A stretch of DNA of 64,000 nt from Octopus sinensis (lineage: Eukaryota), in assembly GCF_006345805.1 (NCBI RefSeq), contig NC_042999.1, forward strand, positions 75,206,001-75,270,000, written 5' to 3'. The position numbers and the translations under genes are program-made. The notes under the pieces were generated by a model. The model worked only from the letters and a program-made list of their open reading frames with translations, was not told the origin of the DNA and ran no database searches. Positions 25,456 to 38,766 of this stretch are shown here, one piece after another (within the stretch, counting starts at the first letter, position 1; every line of letters begins with the position of its first letter).

Positions 25456-28400
25456 ATGAGTAAAGAAGTCAACTCTGAAGAAATAAAAAAGGAAATTATT
25501 TTTAAAGAATACTTCGGCAAAGATGGAGAACCTATGCCTGTCTATCAATATAAAGGACACAATATTGTGTATTTAGAAATAGCAGCGTCAGCTTTATCGC
25601 AACAACATATGGTGAAAATTCGACCTGATGATATGTTGATGCTTTCCTATCCTGCAGCCGGTAAGATTTTACTATATCGCTATTGTTAGGCAAAATATTT
25701 TACATTGTAGACAGGGTGTGTTTGCATGTCTCTGTATGATGCTCATACGTGCATTATTTGTTTGTGGTTGTGTAATTTATTTACATATTTCCATTCAACA
25801 TACTCTATGTACCCTTCATTCACTTTGTTATCCTATATTTACTTGGTTCGCAAAGATGAATATATTTCCCTATTTTTATTTATTTCCTTTGTGTCAATTT
25901 CTTCCCTTGCGTGTGTGAGGATTTTTTACGCGTCTGTGTGCACTTGCGTATGCATATATATATGGGTATAAACGATATTTGTACATATGTCGATGCTTTT
26001 GACTTGGGGCTGTCTTGTGTAGCTGCCGGGATACCCCTGAGTGTATGCGTGTATTATTCGAGTTCATATGACTTATCGTTTTTCGGCTTTATACCTCTCT
26101 CGACTAGTTCCACTTTTTCAGATTAACCATAATAATTATCGGCTTCAATACCAACACCATCGTTGACAACACCAACACATACACCAACTGTGGCACTCAC
26201 TTCTATTCATTTGTTTGTTATTACCATCACCAACGACACGCATACATCTATCATCATACTTCAACGTCAACACTGTCGTCTTCTGACTCGACCAACACCC
26301 AATCTAAAGGCAGCAACTGTATCATTATCGCCAACAGCATTTTTCTCCCCACCTTCACCATGTTCCAAATTCCGAACATATGCAAGTTCAATTCTGCATG
26401 ACAAGCTGTGTTGCTTTGTTTATGTTCCTGTAACATTAGCAGCTAGGGGGAAATAACTGGTAGAATAAGTACCAGGCTTCAAACAAATAAGTACTGGGAT
26501 CGATTCGTTTGATTAAAATTCTTCAAGATGGTGTCCCAGCATGGCCGCAGTCTAATGACTGAAACAACTAATTGTTAGACATAATTCTAGAGCAGTCTAT
26601 GGTTGGTTCATACTTTATACAGTGTCAATGTAGGAGTGTTTAGATATTTGCAGAGTCTGTGTTATGTTGCTGTTAGCAGAGGTGGTGTGTAAAATGTCGT
26701 GGGTTGTTAAAGAAGACTGTAGAATGTAGAGGGGATGTATGGAAGATACAATATTGATAATACGGTATTAGCAGGATTCCTGGTAGAATAAGATAAATTT
26801 ATCTACTTGGGAACAAGTGATGAATATCGCCGCTAAAATTTCCATTTCATTCTGTTGTTGATGCTCTGTCTTTCATCTTCCACAGATAGTTGACAAGGGT
26901 TGTGTAAATAATGTTATCATGACTCGTATTTGTAATATCTTTCCTTAAACGCTCCCACGCACATGCCTCTATATCTATTCAGAGAGCTCCTACCTCTGCT
27001 GGTAACAGAGGGCCTCTCACTCAGAGTAAAATATAGACTGTATGATACATGTGCGCGAACAGCCATGCTACTCGGCGGTGAAACATGGGCTGTGACAGCT
27101 GAGGATATGCCGTTGGCAGATTAAAATCACCATTCGAACGTGGCCGATGCCAGTGCCACTTCACTGGCTCCCATGCCGGTGACATGTAAAAAGCACCATT
27201 AAATAGTGGCCGATGCCAGTGCCGCCTGACTAGCTCCCGTGCCGGTGGAACGTAAAAAGTACCATTCGAGCGCGGTCGTTGCCAGTGCCGCCTGACTGCC
27301 GCCTGTGCCGGTGACATCTAACAAGCACCATTCAAGCGTGGCCGATGCCTTTACCGCCTGACTGGCTCTCGTGCTGGTGGCATGTAAAAAGAACCCACTA
27401 CACTCTCATAATGGTTGGTGTTAGGAAGGGCATCCAGCTACAGAGACATTGCCAGATTGGATTGGACCTGGTGCAGCCTTCTGGCTCACTAGCCCTCAGT
27501 CAAATCGTACAACCAATACCATCTTGGAAAGCTGGCGTTAAACGACAACGATGCCGCTGCCTCTATTCATTTTGATCGTTTCTCATAGATTGGTTGAGTT
27601 TACACTATCGACTTCTGATACAGAAGTCGATAGTGTGTGTGTGCTCTAGGACTCTTTTCTGTGCTCGTGTTGCACACGGAAGAATATGGACAAGTAAATC
27701 AATTCTATGATTTTATTTCTGACAAAAGTATATTAGACACTGAACATTAAATCACGTATTGCAATAACATAGGAGTTCTTTTTCAGCATTCACGGCCTTA
27801 TTACTCACTTAATTTTGCAAACCTTTTAATTTTACAAATTCATTTAATTTTATAATTGGAGAAATTTTGAACGCTCAACAATTATTCTTCGACTATTGAA
27901 ATATTAGATTTAATTTCCGTAAATGAATATATATGATCACCAAATAGAAGCAACTATTCATTACTACTGTCTTAGGTCGTCAGAAAGATTCATATTTATA
28001 CATTTGTTTTAATAGCTAAGATTGTATATCACATTTCAGGGTCCCATTGGATGTTTGAAATCGTTAATATGATATCGACAGGAAACACTGAAAACGTTTC
28101 TTTGCTAAAAGAAGACTTACTGCTAGATTGGTCACCATTTGAAAAGCTGGATTCCTTTGAATCCCCTCGACTCTTGAACTCTCACTACACTCCTGAACTT
28201 CTGCCTGCAGAATTGCTAAAGGATCATAAAATTATCTTCCTCAACCGCAATCCGAAAGCTATGCTGGTGTCGTTCTACAGACATATTTTAGACGTTAATT
28301 TGTTGGACTACAAAGGAGATTTACCAAGCTATTTTGACCTTTGGATGCAAGGAGATGGTAAGCCTATAAAGTTATTGTTACTACTACTACTACTGCTACT

Positions 28401-31400
28401 ACTAATGCTGTTTTTCATCCTCTTACATTTCCATAATTTTGGTTTAGGATATTACTGTCATGTTGGTTCAATTTCAAGCTTCACAGTTGGTCTACTCGAC
28501 CTTTGTATTCATGGAGTACCTTATTTTATCTTCTCATCAGACCACTTCCCCATTATTATATTCTTTTCCTTGTGGATTCTCATATTCTCTCAACACTTTG
28601 TATTTTATGTTCTCTTACCGATATTTTCTATCTGGTCATAAAATACATATCAAGTCGTGCCATTTCATTTTAGATTATATCAGTGCAAGTATGTGATTAG
28701 AGCACATTTTATCGATTTCGATGGTGAAAACCAAAGTATATTCTGATATCAGTTTAACTAAGTACAGATTAAATACAATGTTCAGAGATTTCAAAAGCAT
28801 TATATCAGAAAGTTCATATTTTATTAAACTTTGTTACCTACTATCAATCACCTCTGTTGTATGCACAGACATGCCATCAATATGACTTTGCAAATATCTA
28901 TCCTAGATACACTAATGAAAATATATAAATTTAATAAATTCGCTCTATAATCGTCTGTAAAACATATAACTTTGTGCACCTTTCTTCAGCAACATAAATA
29001 CCAGAAAAAAAACCCCCAGTAAAAAGATGCCAAATATATTTTCGTTTTAAACATTGCATTGCATTTATAGTTTAATTTAACAAAGGGGTTGACTATTCTT
29101 TTGGAAGTTATTACACGAACATAACTTCAATTTATTCTTTTAATTTTTCAGTTCCTTATGGTGATTACTTTAAATATGTTCAGGAAATTTATGCTCTATG
29201 TAAAGATAACCCAAATGCACTTATCGTAACTTATGAAGAAATGAAAGCGGTAATTACATATTAATATTTGCTTTAATTATGTTAATTATTATAATTTATT
29301 TCATGTGTTAGTTTCTCCAGTATACACACACACACAAACACAAAATGAACAATGACATCATAATTATGAAGTTTTGCTTCTAAATAATTCCGATTGGTAA
29401 AGTATGATTATTGTATAATTATAATAATTGTTGTACGTGTGTATAACAAAATATTTTAAAGTTAAATAATGAAAATTTCGCAATTTGACTTTATTATTTC
29501 TTTTCAACAGGATATATCCAAGGCAGTGTCCCGTGTTGCTAAGTTCTTGGGGAAAACAATTCCTGAACAACTTACGAAGAATATTGTTGATAAATGCTCG
29601 TTTGATAAAATGAAATCCGAGAAAAATCTTGTTAGTTCGTATTTACCCCAAGATACATTTGTCGGTGGCGGTTCTATCTACCATACTGGTAATTATGTTC
29701 ATATTTTATTTGATCAAACTTTCTAGCAGTTTAATTTCTATAAAGTCTAAGACACATATGTAGTCCTGGTAGAAGCTTATTTTCGCTGTTATTCTATGCT
29801 GTAGCGATCCGAGCACTACTCATATCAAGGAAAGAGGACCGCATGACACACCAATTAAACTAGAGTAGCACTCAGCTAGAACCCTCACTGTCGCTCCAAA
29901 TTCTAGGACTCGCAATTGCAAAGGAGTGAGTCCTACAATAGAAAATGACCCTACATCTGGGATTGTGCGGTTGCTATGCACATATGTATCCTTGAAGACA
30001 TTAACGAAAAGTCACTCGACTAAATGGAATTGAAGCCACAACAAAATGCTCCAATCATTAGTCTTCATTCTGTCTTTTCTTTCGCTTTTATAATGGCTTC
30101 TGATTCTTGGTGCTGATTGCTTTGCATCTGTACAATTCAGGCACGTATATTTTCACCTCTAGTAAACTTACACTTTGTCCTCGCCATTATGTTCTGGTCA
30201 TTTTCTCCAGAATATCCCCATTCTGGAATTTCACAGCCTGTGTTTTTCCTGGAGATATTGAACTGCAAAAGAGATAAAAATAATTCTTTCTATTGTAGGT
30301 ACAAGGCCTGGAATTTGAGGGGAGGGGTATAGTCGATTACATCAAGACCAGTACTTGACTGGTATTTAATTTATCGACCTCGAAAGAACGAAAGGCAAAG
30401 TCGACCTCTGCGGAATTTGCACTCAGAACGCAGTAGTAGACGAAATGCCACTAGGCATTTTGCTCGGTGTACTAACGATTCTGCCAGTTCGGCGCCTGAG
30501 ATAAAAAGAGATAAAAATAATACCATAACATCCAATTACTGGTTAACTGTATCCATAATCTGTTTAATATACTTGATCAGTATTTTCAACTCCTGTAGGA
30601 ACATTTTTCTTCTAAACGATGACCCATCTCTGTACATATAATTGAATGCTGAGTGTTGCAGAATTGCTTCCTGGGGTTACAGCTCGGATTCAATTCCATT
30701 TTATACTTTATGGATATACTAGCAGTATAGCCCGGCATTGCCCGGGATTAAGTTAGGATTATTAAGTGATCTAACGCTTTATTTCAAACCAAAATAAGTG
30801 ACACCGACATCAAATTTGAGCGAAATCCGTTGAAATTGGTAAACGTTTGGCTGAAAATCGGTTGCTGGCGATTTCATTGGGAAATCCTATAAGGAATCGG
30901 TTTATCGATTATTTCCACTCATCGATTGTTTTTTTTTTCCGGAGAACTTAAAGCATTCAAAGATCCCATGAGTCCTAAGTAATGCTGGCAACAAGTTTGG
31001 GCAAAATATGTCAAAATTGGTAAAAGTTAGAGTTTAAAATGGTGTGTAGCCAATTTTAGTGGGAAATACTATAAGGAATCGGTTTATCGATTTCTAATCC
31101 TGATTGAATGGAAGACTCCAAATGGATACCTGCCACCGATAGAGTTTGGACTTGGGATTTGTTGGTGGACATGGCGAAGTATGGTCTCACCGGGAACTGC
31201 GATCTGCGGAAGTTAAACGGTATGTCTGACCCCGAAGGATACAGCTGCATCCTTGAAATGAAAACATTTTCACCCCTCCCGCACCCTGTATCAATGGTGG
31301 CCTCAATCAAGTGAGGTGTCAGGGACTTGATTACTAAGCGCGTCCCGTTGCACTGTTTACGCGGAAGTAAGTTTCTGATTAGCATAATTGGGCATCCAAC

Positions 31401-32507
31401 CCTTAGCCTAAGAATGCGAGGTGGAAGCCCTGCTGGCTCCAATGAGTTGAGAAACTCGATAGGGTAATTGGCAATATCTTGGGGGTCAGAGGTCCAGTCA
31501 ATCGATTTGTAAATGCGCTCCTCACTCGGAATTCGGCTTATGAGCTGGTCGTTGATAGCACTGACAATTACGTTTTTTGGGGCCAGGATAGTTCTTCCAC
31601 TGAGCCAATTGAAGTCTGTTCCAGATTGGAGAACACTGTTTCTAAAAGATCGGAAGGGTTGTCCAAGGTGTTGCACAGTTCAGAGACGGATATGTCGCCC
31701 CTATCATTCCTAGGGACCTTGCCTTCTCCAAGGGCTAATATGTCTTCAGCAAATGCTGCAGACATGCTATCACCAAGCAAGTGCGCACGCATGTTTGTGC
31801 TTAGGCTTAAGGTCTTAACCTGGAGCCACAACGTGGATGACTAAAGGCATGCACGCACTTCATCAGCCCGACTCTTTTTTAGGGATGACAGGAAGGGTTT
31901 GCCGGAAATCTCCTGAAAACAATAGTCACACCACCCATAGAAGCTGTATAATCCTTGAAACCTTTCAGTGACCGGTCCAATGCCTCAAGGGCAGCTTCTT
32001 GGTCATTGAACATTCGTCCCATAGAATGAGACGGCACTGTCTAAGAATTTCACCTTCCTCTGCATTTTTGCCAATGATGCAAGTAGGAACCTCGGACCTC
32101 ATCAAATGTAAAAGAAGTTTGAATGCCGAGTGCGCCGTCCTACCTCCCGGCAATAATGTAGCAGCGATTCCCGAGGAAGCAACGGCTAGCGCAATTTGTT
32201 TCTCGCGATGAATCTTAGCAAGTATCAATTGCATTTTAGAATCATCACAGCAGTCTGCTGTGATGATTCTAAAATGCAACACATAAATACGTAACAATAT
32301 ATCTTTTTCTACTCCTCTGAAGAGATTTTGTCTAGTATAATGATTTTAATAATTCCTATTCAATCTTTTAAGGCTTAGTTGAAACAGCCGTAAGAGACTG
32401 TTTGACTTTTGCAGATAAAATTTTATTAAATGCTACATCTCTATTTTCTTTTCGTTTAAATGGTTATATATGTGTGGGTGCGTGTATGTGTATTTATTTA
32501 AGACTGT

Positions 32508-32585
<78 letters not shown>

Positions 32586-32780
32586 ATATATATATTTATA
32601 TGTGTGTGTGTATAGTCACTCTTATGGTGATCGTTTCATCCAAGAACCACTGGTTTACTATATTATATTGCTGAAAATTATCTCTTCAATATCAAAATAT
32701 TAATGAATTAATCTATATTTGTCGAAACTCTCCATTTTCTTACTTAACAATACTACACAGACACACACACACATATGTAC

Positions 32781-32839
<59 letters not shown>

Positions 32840-33371
32840 TGTGTTTGTGTGCGTGTGTATGTATAACTGGCAATCTGTCGGTTACGACACCGAGGGTTCC
32901 AGTGGATCCAATAAATGGAATTACCTGCTCGTGAAATTAACGTGCAAATAGCTAAGCACACCACAGACATGTGTACCCTTAACGTAGTTCTCAGGGAGAA
33001 CCGGCATGACACAGATTTTGACAATGCTGGCCCTTTGAAATGTAGGTTCAACTCATTTTGCTAGCTGAGTGGCTTGGAGCAACATGAAATAAAGTGTCTT
33101 GTTCGTCGAAGAGACTTGAACTGACAACCTTAAGATCATGAGCCGAATGCCTTAACCACAGAGCCATGCACCTTCATTAATGTATATATGTATGTATGTA
33201 TGTATGTATATATCAATGCATGTTTCCGTTTTCCACATAATACCTGTTTCCGTCATATTTATAGGTAAAGTAGACACATGGAAAAAATGGTTAACAGTGG
33301 AACAAAGTGAAAGAATGGATGCAAGGATCCAATCAGAATTCATCAATCAAGGAATCATTTTTAATTTTTGA
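25456..33371 (+). CDS. Cytosolic sulfotransferase family protein, paralogue A (5 exons, 301 aa)
   Basis: join(25456-25660, 28040-28357, 29152-29249, 29511-29688, 33265-33371), all GT-AG, phases 1/1/0/1, 906 nt in frame; motifs [40 protein letters not shown]. Confidence 0.92.
27000..27560 (+). mobile_element. Degenerate RTE LINE 3' fragment with tandem-repeat 3' UTR
   Basis: Begins with sequence similar to LSLRVKGRLYDACVRTAML of the RTE at 54152-55415, then the GC-rich GTGCCGGTGGCACGTAAAA repeats found in other copies. Confidence 0.7.
28040..28357 (+). CDS. Sulfotransferase A exon 2
   Basis: ttcag acceptor, gtaag donor; 318 bp, same length as paralogue B exon 2. Confidence 0.92.
30719..32230 (-). 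mobile_element. Helitron remnant (Pif1-type helicase fragments plus canonical 3' end) in SULT A intron 4
   Basis: [55 protein letters not shown] motifs; 3' end on - strand CCCGGGCAATGCCGGG-CTATACTG-CTAG|T. Confidence 0.9.
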
Positions 33372-34545
33372 TTCATTCAATTACGTAAGAAATTTTCAAG
33401 TCAATTAAAAACATGCAAAAACGTATATTGTCAGTACATGCTTCTTTCTTGGCTCAACGATAATTTTTAAATCTACGTTTTGATATTGTAATCATGACTC
33501 AATAAATTTGTGTGAAACAAAATGCACATTTATTATATCTCGATTTTTATTTGGAACCCTATGAAAGTTTCCTCAACATACTGTATGTAAAATGTAATAT
33601 CTGATTTTGTAAATGAACTCTCTACAAACCCACATGCAGCATACACCTATTTTGCTTGAGCAGTTATGTTTGTTTTTCTACATAAACATTATACTATTTT
33701 ATCATATACCCCTCTAAAAAGGAAATAAAATTTATGCATAGATATGTATTATCTGATGGCTCTAAGTGTATTCATACCTATTATCGCAATGTTGTTTCTG
33801 TAGTGATCTAAGTCTGTTGAGGTGTATCAGGATCTAGGTTTCTGCATCAGCAAAATATGCATTTTTTAAAAATAAGTAAAAAAAAATCTGAAAATCGGCT
33901 ATAATAATGTAGCCCTCCAGTCTCATTGCTTTGAAGTCATGATGTTGTGGAAAGAAAACTTGGGGAAAAAAGTTACAGAGGTTTAAAAATCGAAAAAACT
34001 GGGTATTTTTAGTCAATAGCGAGACAGAAATCTTCTGCACTTAGCGGAGCGATGTCAACTTTAAGGTTGCACCCAGTAAAATCTATAGTTTAGCGTCTGA
34101 CCTGTTCATTGTAGGCTTCTTAAATAAATAGAAATACCAAATTTGAGTAATGTTTTCATGCTTGGATTTGTAAACTATGGTAAGAATAACACTCGCCAAC
34201 AAAGTATTTGTCCCAAAGAATACCTGTATTTTATATGTTATTGCAAGCAGAATTCAAAAATGATATCAGATTTTCTGTATCATCCATATCACTACTGGTA
34301 CTTTAAACTCTTCGGCCTTGTCATTACTGGTACTCTAAACTCTTCGGTTGCATATTTGTGTGAGTAAAATCGTTTTTATTTTTTCGAATAAAAAAGTCTA
34401 ACTTTATTTCTTGTTTTGCCGGTGTCTCAAATATAGATTAAATCAGTGTTTCTCAAAGGGTCGGACAAGTTGTTTTGAGAAAATTTGGTTTAAATGTTTG
34501 ACAACTCAGCACCGTCCTTTGGACGGGCGGTGTTTTTCTCGTATG

Positions 34546-34581
<36 letters not shown>

Positions 34582-34603
34582 TGTATGTATGTATACTTGC
34601 ATG

Positions 34604-34645
<42 letters not shown>

Positions 34646-34649
<4 letters not shown>

Positions 34650-36299
34650 CCCCCGATCCCTTATCTGGTGGGCGATGCGGAAACTGGAGATTGACGAATG
34701 GTTAATAAGGGCTGTACAGGCCCTATACAGAGAGGCCGTTAGTAAGGTTAGGATTGGCAACGAATATAGTGAAGAATTCCGGGTAGAAGTAGGGGTCCGC
34801 CAAGGTTCAGCCCTCAGTCCCCTTTTATTCATCATAGTCCTCCAGGCAATAACAGAGGAATTCAAGACGGGTTACCCCTGGGAGCTCTATGCCGATGACC
34901 TGGCCCTCATAGCAGAATCACTACCGGAACTAGAAAAGAAAATTCGGGTGTTGAAGCTAGGTTTAGAATGAAAAGACCATAGAGTCAATGTAGCAAAGAC
35001 CAAAGTTATAGTAAGTGGGAAGGCGAACTCATCACACACCCTCAGGTCGGTGGCCCTGCTCGATCTGTAGAAAAGGTGTAGGTAGAAACTCCATAAGATG
35101 TACCCAGTGTAAGCTATGGACGCACAAGAGGTGCAGCAACATCAAAGGAAAATTAACCGAGAAGATAGCTTTCGTGTGCAGCAGATGCACAGGTGCAATA
35201 GACACCACAGATACGCAGAAAACAGATTCCATCACACTCCAGGGGAAGAAACAAGAAGTAGTTGATAGTTTCCGCTACCTAGGCGACCAAGTTAGTAATG
35301 GATGTGGATGCTCAGAGAGTGTCACCACTAGAATAAGAATAGTCTGGGCAAAGTTTAGAAAGCTTCTTCCCCTACTGGCGACAAAGGGCCACTCGCTCAG
35401 AGTGAAAGGTAGATTGTACGATGCATGTGTGCGAACTGCCATGCTTCACGACAGTGAAACATGGGCTGTGACTGTAGAGGTCATGCGTAGGCTTGAAAGA
35501 AATGAAGCTAGTATGATCCGCTGGATGTGTAATGTCAGTGTGCACACACGACATAGTGTAAGTGCCCTGAGAGAAATGCTGGACATAAGAAGCATCGGAT
35601 TTGGCGTGCAAGAGAGACGTTTGCGCTGGTATGGTCATGTACTACGGATGGATGAGGAGAGATGTATGAAGAAGTGACACTCCCAAACAGTTGAAGGAAT
35701 CCAGGGTAGAGGTAGACCCAGTAAGACATGGGATGAGGTGGTTAAGCATGATCTTCGAACATTGGGCCTCACAGAGGCAATGACGAAAGACCGAGATCTC
35801 TGGAGATATGCTGTGACTGCGAATACCCGTCAAATAACGTGAGTTCATGGTTGTTTCCTGCACCAGAAAATAACGTGAGTTGATGGCTGTTTCCTGCACC
35901 AGCTTCACATAGCAGCCCCAGCCCATCCAAAGTACCTTAGACTGCAGGACAGCCTACTGTGCTTACTTTGGATCGTAGGGCGACCTGCTGTGCTTGAGGA
36001 GACCTATTGAGTCAAGTACATCAACATCAAAATAAAAGTCAAATGAAATTGTAGTTATGATAACCGTGCTGGTGGCACGTAAAAAGCACCAACCGATCGT
36101 GGCCGTTGCCAGCCTTCCCTGTCACCTATGCCGGTGGCACGTAAAATTACCCACTACACTCACGGAGTGGTTGGCGTTCGGAAGGGCATCAAGCTGTAGA
36201 AACACTGCCAGATCAGACTGGAGCCTGGTGCAGCCTCCTGGTTTCCCAGACCCCGTCGAACTGTCCAACCCATGCTAGCATGGAAAACGGACGTTAAAC

Positions 36300-36350
<51 letters not shown>
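34646..36350 (+). mobile_element. 5'-truncated RTE-clade LINE with 3' UTR and (GAT)n tail
   Basis: RT motifs GVRQGSALSPLLF, YADDL, FRYLG, RRLRWYGHV with stops and frameshift; starts at (TA)n, ends in (GAT)n. Confidence 0.9.
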
Positions 36351-36351
<1 letters not shown>

Positions 36352-36587
36352 ATTTTCTTATTTTTTCAACCGTTCTGATCATTTTGGCCGCCATGGATTT
36401 TGCAGTAAATCACTAAATCATCAATAACTTTTGTATTATCCTCTCAAATTACACCAAAATCTCAGACAATAACAAATAATATCGTATTTATTGTCTGTGA
36501 AAATTATAGAATATAAAACAAATTTGATAAAAAATTGTACCTACTTTTCTGACGAAAACAATGGCGTTCTGAACATTTTGGCCGCAA

Positions 36588-36647
<60 letters not shown>

Positions 36648-37200
36648 CTGCGTGACAGTTGGTGACCCTGGTGTCTAACTACATTACACTTGGCTTCCCG
36701 ACGAAAAGATAAATTAATTGTTACAATTGATAAATTCCCATAGTTGTCCCTCTGTGATGTTACTTCAGTTGAGACGGCGTTTCATTCAGCCGGTCAGCCT
36801 CCCCCCTATGATCGCTTTTCACTAACTGATTTTATCCTGTAAACTGCTAGTATTTGTAAGTATGCAGACCAGCTAGAAAAAGATGTATACCACCCTAACA
36901 ATGAACAAATTAATGTACGTCACTCATTGTCTATTTCAACATTTCGTGGCATAGGAAAGGCTAAGAGTTAAGTGGAAAACATAGAATTGCGTTGTTCCTT
37001 GACATAACAATAGGCCATATGGTTTGGGAGAATTTCTAGGTACGGTTTCGAATCTAAGGTAGGACCAAGCGAGGACTCTACATATATATATATATATATA
37101 TAACGGGAAGCTTTATGAAAATAAACAAAAGACGAAGGCAGGTGGAAGACAAACGAACAATTGTATTAGTATGGTGCTCAGGAAATATAAATAAAACAAG

Positions 37201-37238
37201 TCTTTAACGTTTCGAGCCTACGCTCTTCAACAGAAAGA
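37201..37238 (-). ncRNA. Minimal hammerhead-like motif in a (TA)n-flanked repeat (related copy 23493-23528 on +)
   Basis: UCUUU-CUGUUGA-A-GAGC GUAG GCUC-GAAA-CG-UU-AAAGA; stems I and II pair, core deviates (A6U, extra A). Confidence 0.4.
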
Positions 37239-37313
37239 TACACAGAGAGAGAAAAACACAGAAAGAAGGAGAGAAAAAAAATGCGTGCAGTAGCTAACGA
37301 ATCAACATGGCGA

Positions 37314-37357
<44 letters not shown>

Positions 37358-38588
37358 TATATGTGTGTGTGCAGTATGTAGAGGCTCGTGACTTAGTGGT
37401 GAGGGTGTTACCCTAATGATCGTAAGACAGGTTTTGATTTCTGGATCGTGCGATGAATTGTGTTCTTGAACAAAACACCTCATTTCATGTTGTTCCAGCT
37501 CACTCAGCATGCAAAAGTGAGTACTCCTGTGGTGGACTGGCGTCCTGTCCTGAAGGATAATATATACACCACAGAATCCAGGAAACCGGCCTTATGAATC
37601 CATGTTTCAAGAAGGACCTTTGACGCGCGCGCGCGCGCGTGTGTGTCAGTGCTCGCGCGCGTGTATGTGTGCACGCACATACACACGGAGACACAAAAAA
37701 CGTGTATAGATATAATTAGAAGGAATATATACGAATTTTGTGGAGGTTGTTGCCTCGAAAATGGTGAAAGACTTAAACATACGAAGAGAGAAATAAAACT
37801 AGCAGAAGAAAATACAATTGTACAAGTGATTTTGCGTCTGCTGTTAAGTGTGGAAATTAATTCCACAAGCCACTGTTTCTTATGATGTTGCATCATATTC
37901 TTGTGAAATGATATTGCCAGAACAACATATAACTAAGTCTGAATGACCTGAAATGTGAATTGATATGTGGGAAGATATGGAAAATGTTTACTCGTGACTT
38001 GTGATTGACTCTGAAAAAATAGGATGTGCAGCATATTCTGGTGTAGCCATTCTAGTATAATTAAAATCACATGTTTCTCATGTTTCCAAAGAATGGAGAT
38101 CAATCTCAGTTTCTTTCAATGACAGCACAAGGTCGATCCGACTGTCATCCATGACAAAAATATATTTGTTTCATTCAAGAACACAGTCATATGACACTGC
38201 TTCCAAAGTTCTCCAGAATGCAAGAGGATAACAGCTTGAAACTACCGTGGTAGTGAAATAAATCTGAAGTTGTGGCTACCTGCAAAATATCAAAATGTTG
38301 AGTAATCATCCTAAGGACTGTTAGAAAAGGTGCGCATTACGTTCCATGTCTTTTGTTTAACATTTCCGATTTGCTTTTAAATGCTTCCATAATCTCTCGG
38401 ACTGAGAAAGAATAATTACCTCAACAAATAAGCCCCTTCAACCGTATTGTTTTTTCTAACTCGTCTATTTTTTAGCCTGCCATAATCTTATTACCTATTA
38501 ATCAAAGGAATCGATATTTTGATATGAGAAAATATTTCTATGTTAAATACTGAAATTTTCATAATTTCACTAGATTCCTCTTCTACAG

Positions 38589-38766
38589 GATCCATCCAAA
38601 TTAGTGTCACTTGTTCTTAAGCTCTTGGGGAAAACATTTCTAATCAACTTGCTAATAAAACTGTTGATAAATGTTCGTTCAATAAAATGAAGTCTAGGAA
38701 AGAATTTACGAGTTCATATCTTACTCAAAGACGCTGTCAAAGAAGGCAGTACTGTCGACCATTCCG
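38589..38766 (+). pseudogene. Orphan degenerate sulfotransferase exon 4
   Basis: 178 bp between cag and gtag; aligns to 29511-29688 (..LGKT..VDKCSFNKMK..) with -1/+1 frameshifts and a stop in the shifted frame; downstream intron also similar. Confidence 0.8.

Noticed and set aside
28358-28641. Hydrophobic tail of ORF 28051-28641 as a membrane-anchored sulfotransferase
   Set aside because: Read-through into intron 2 past the GT donor at 28358, including a (CTA)n microsatellite.
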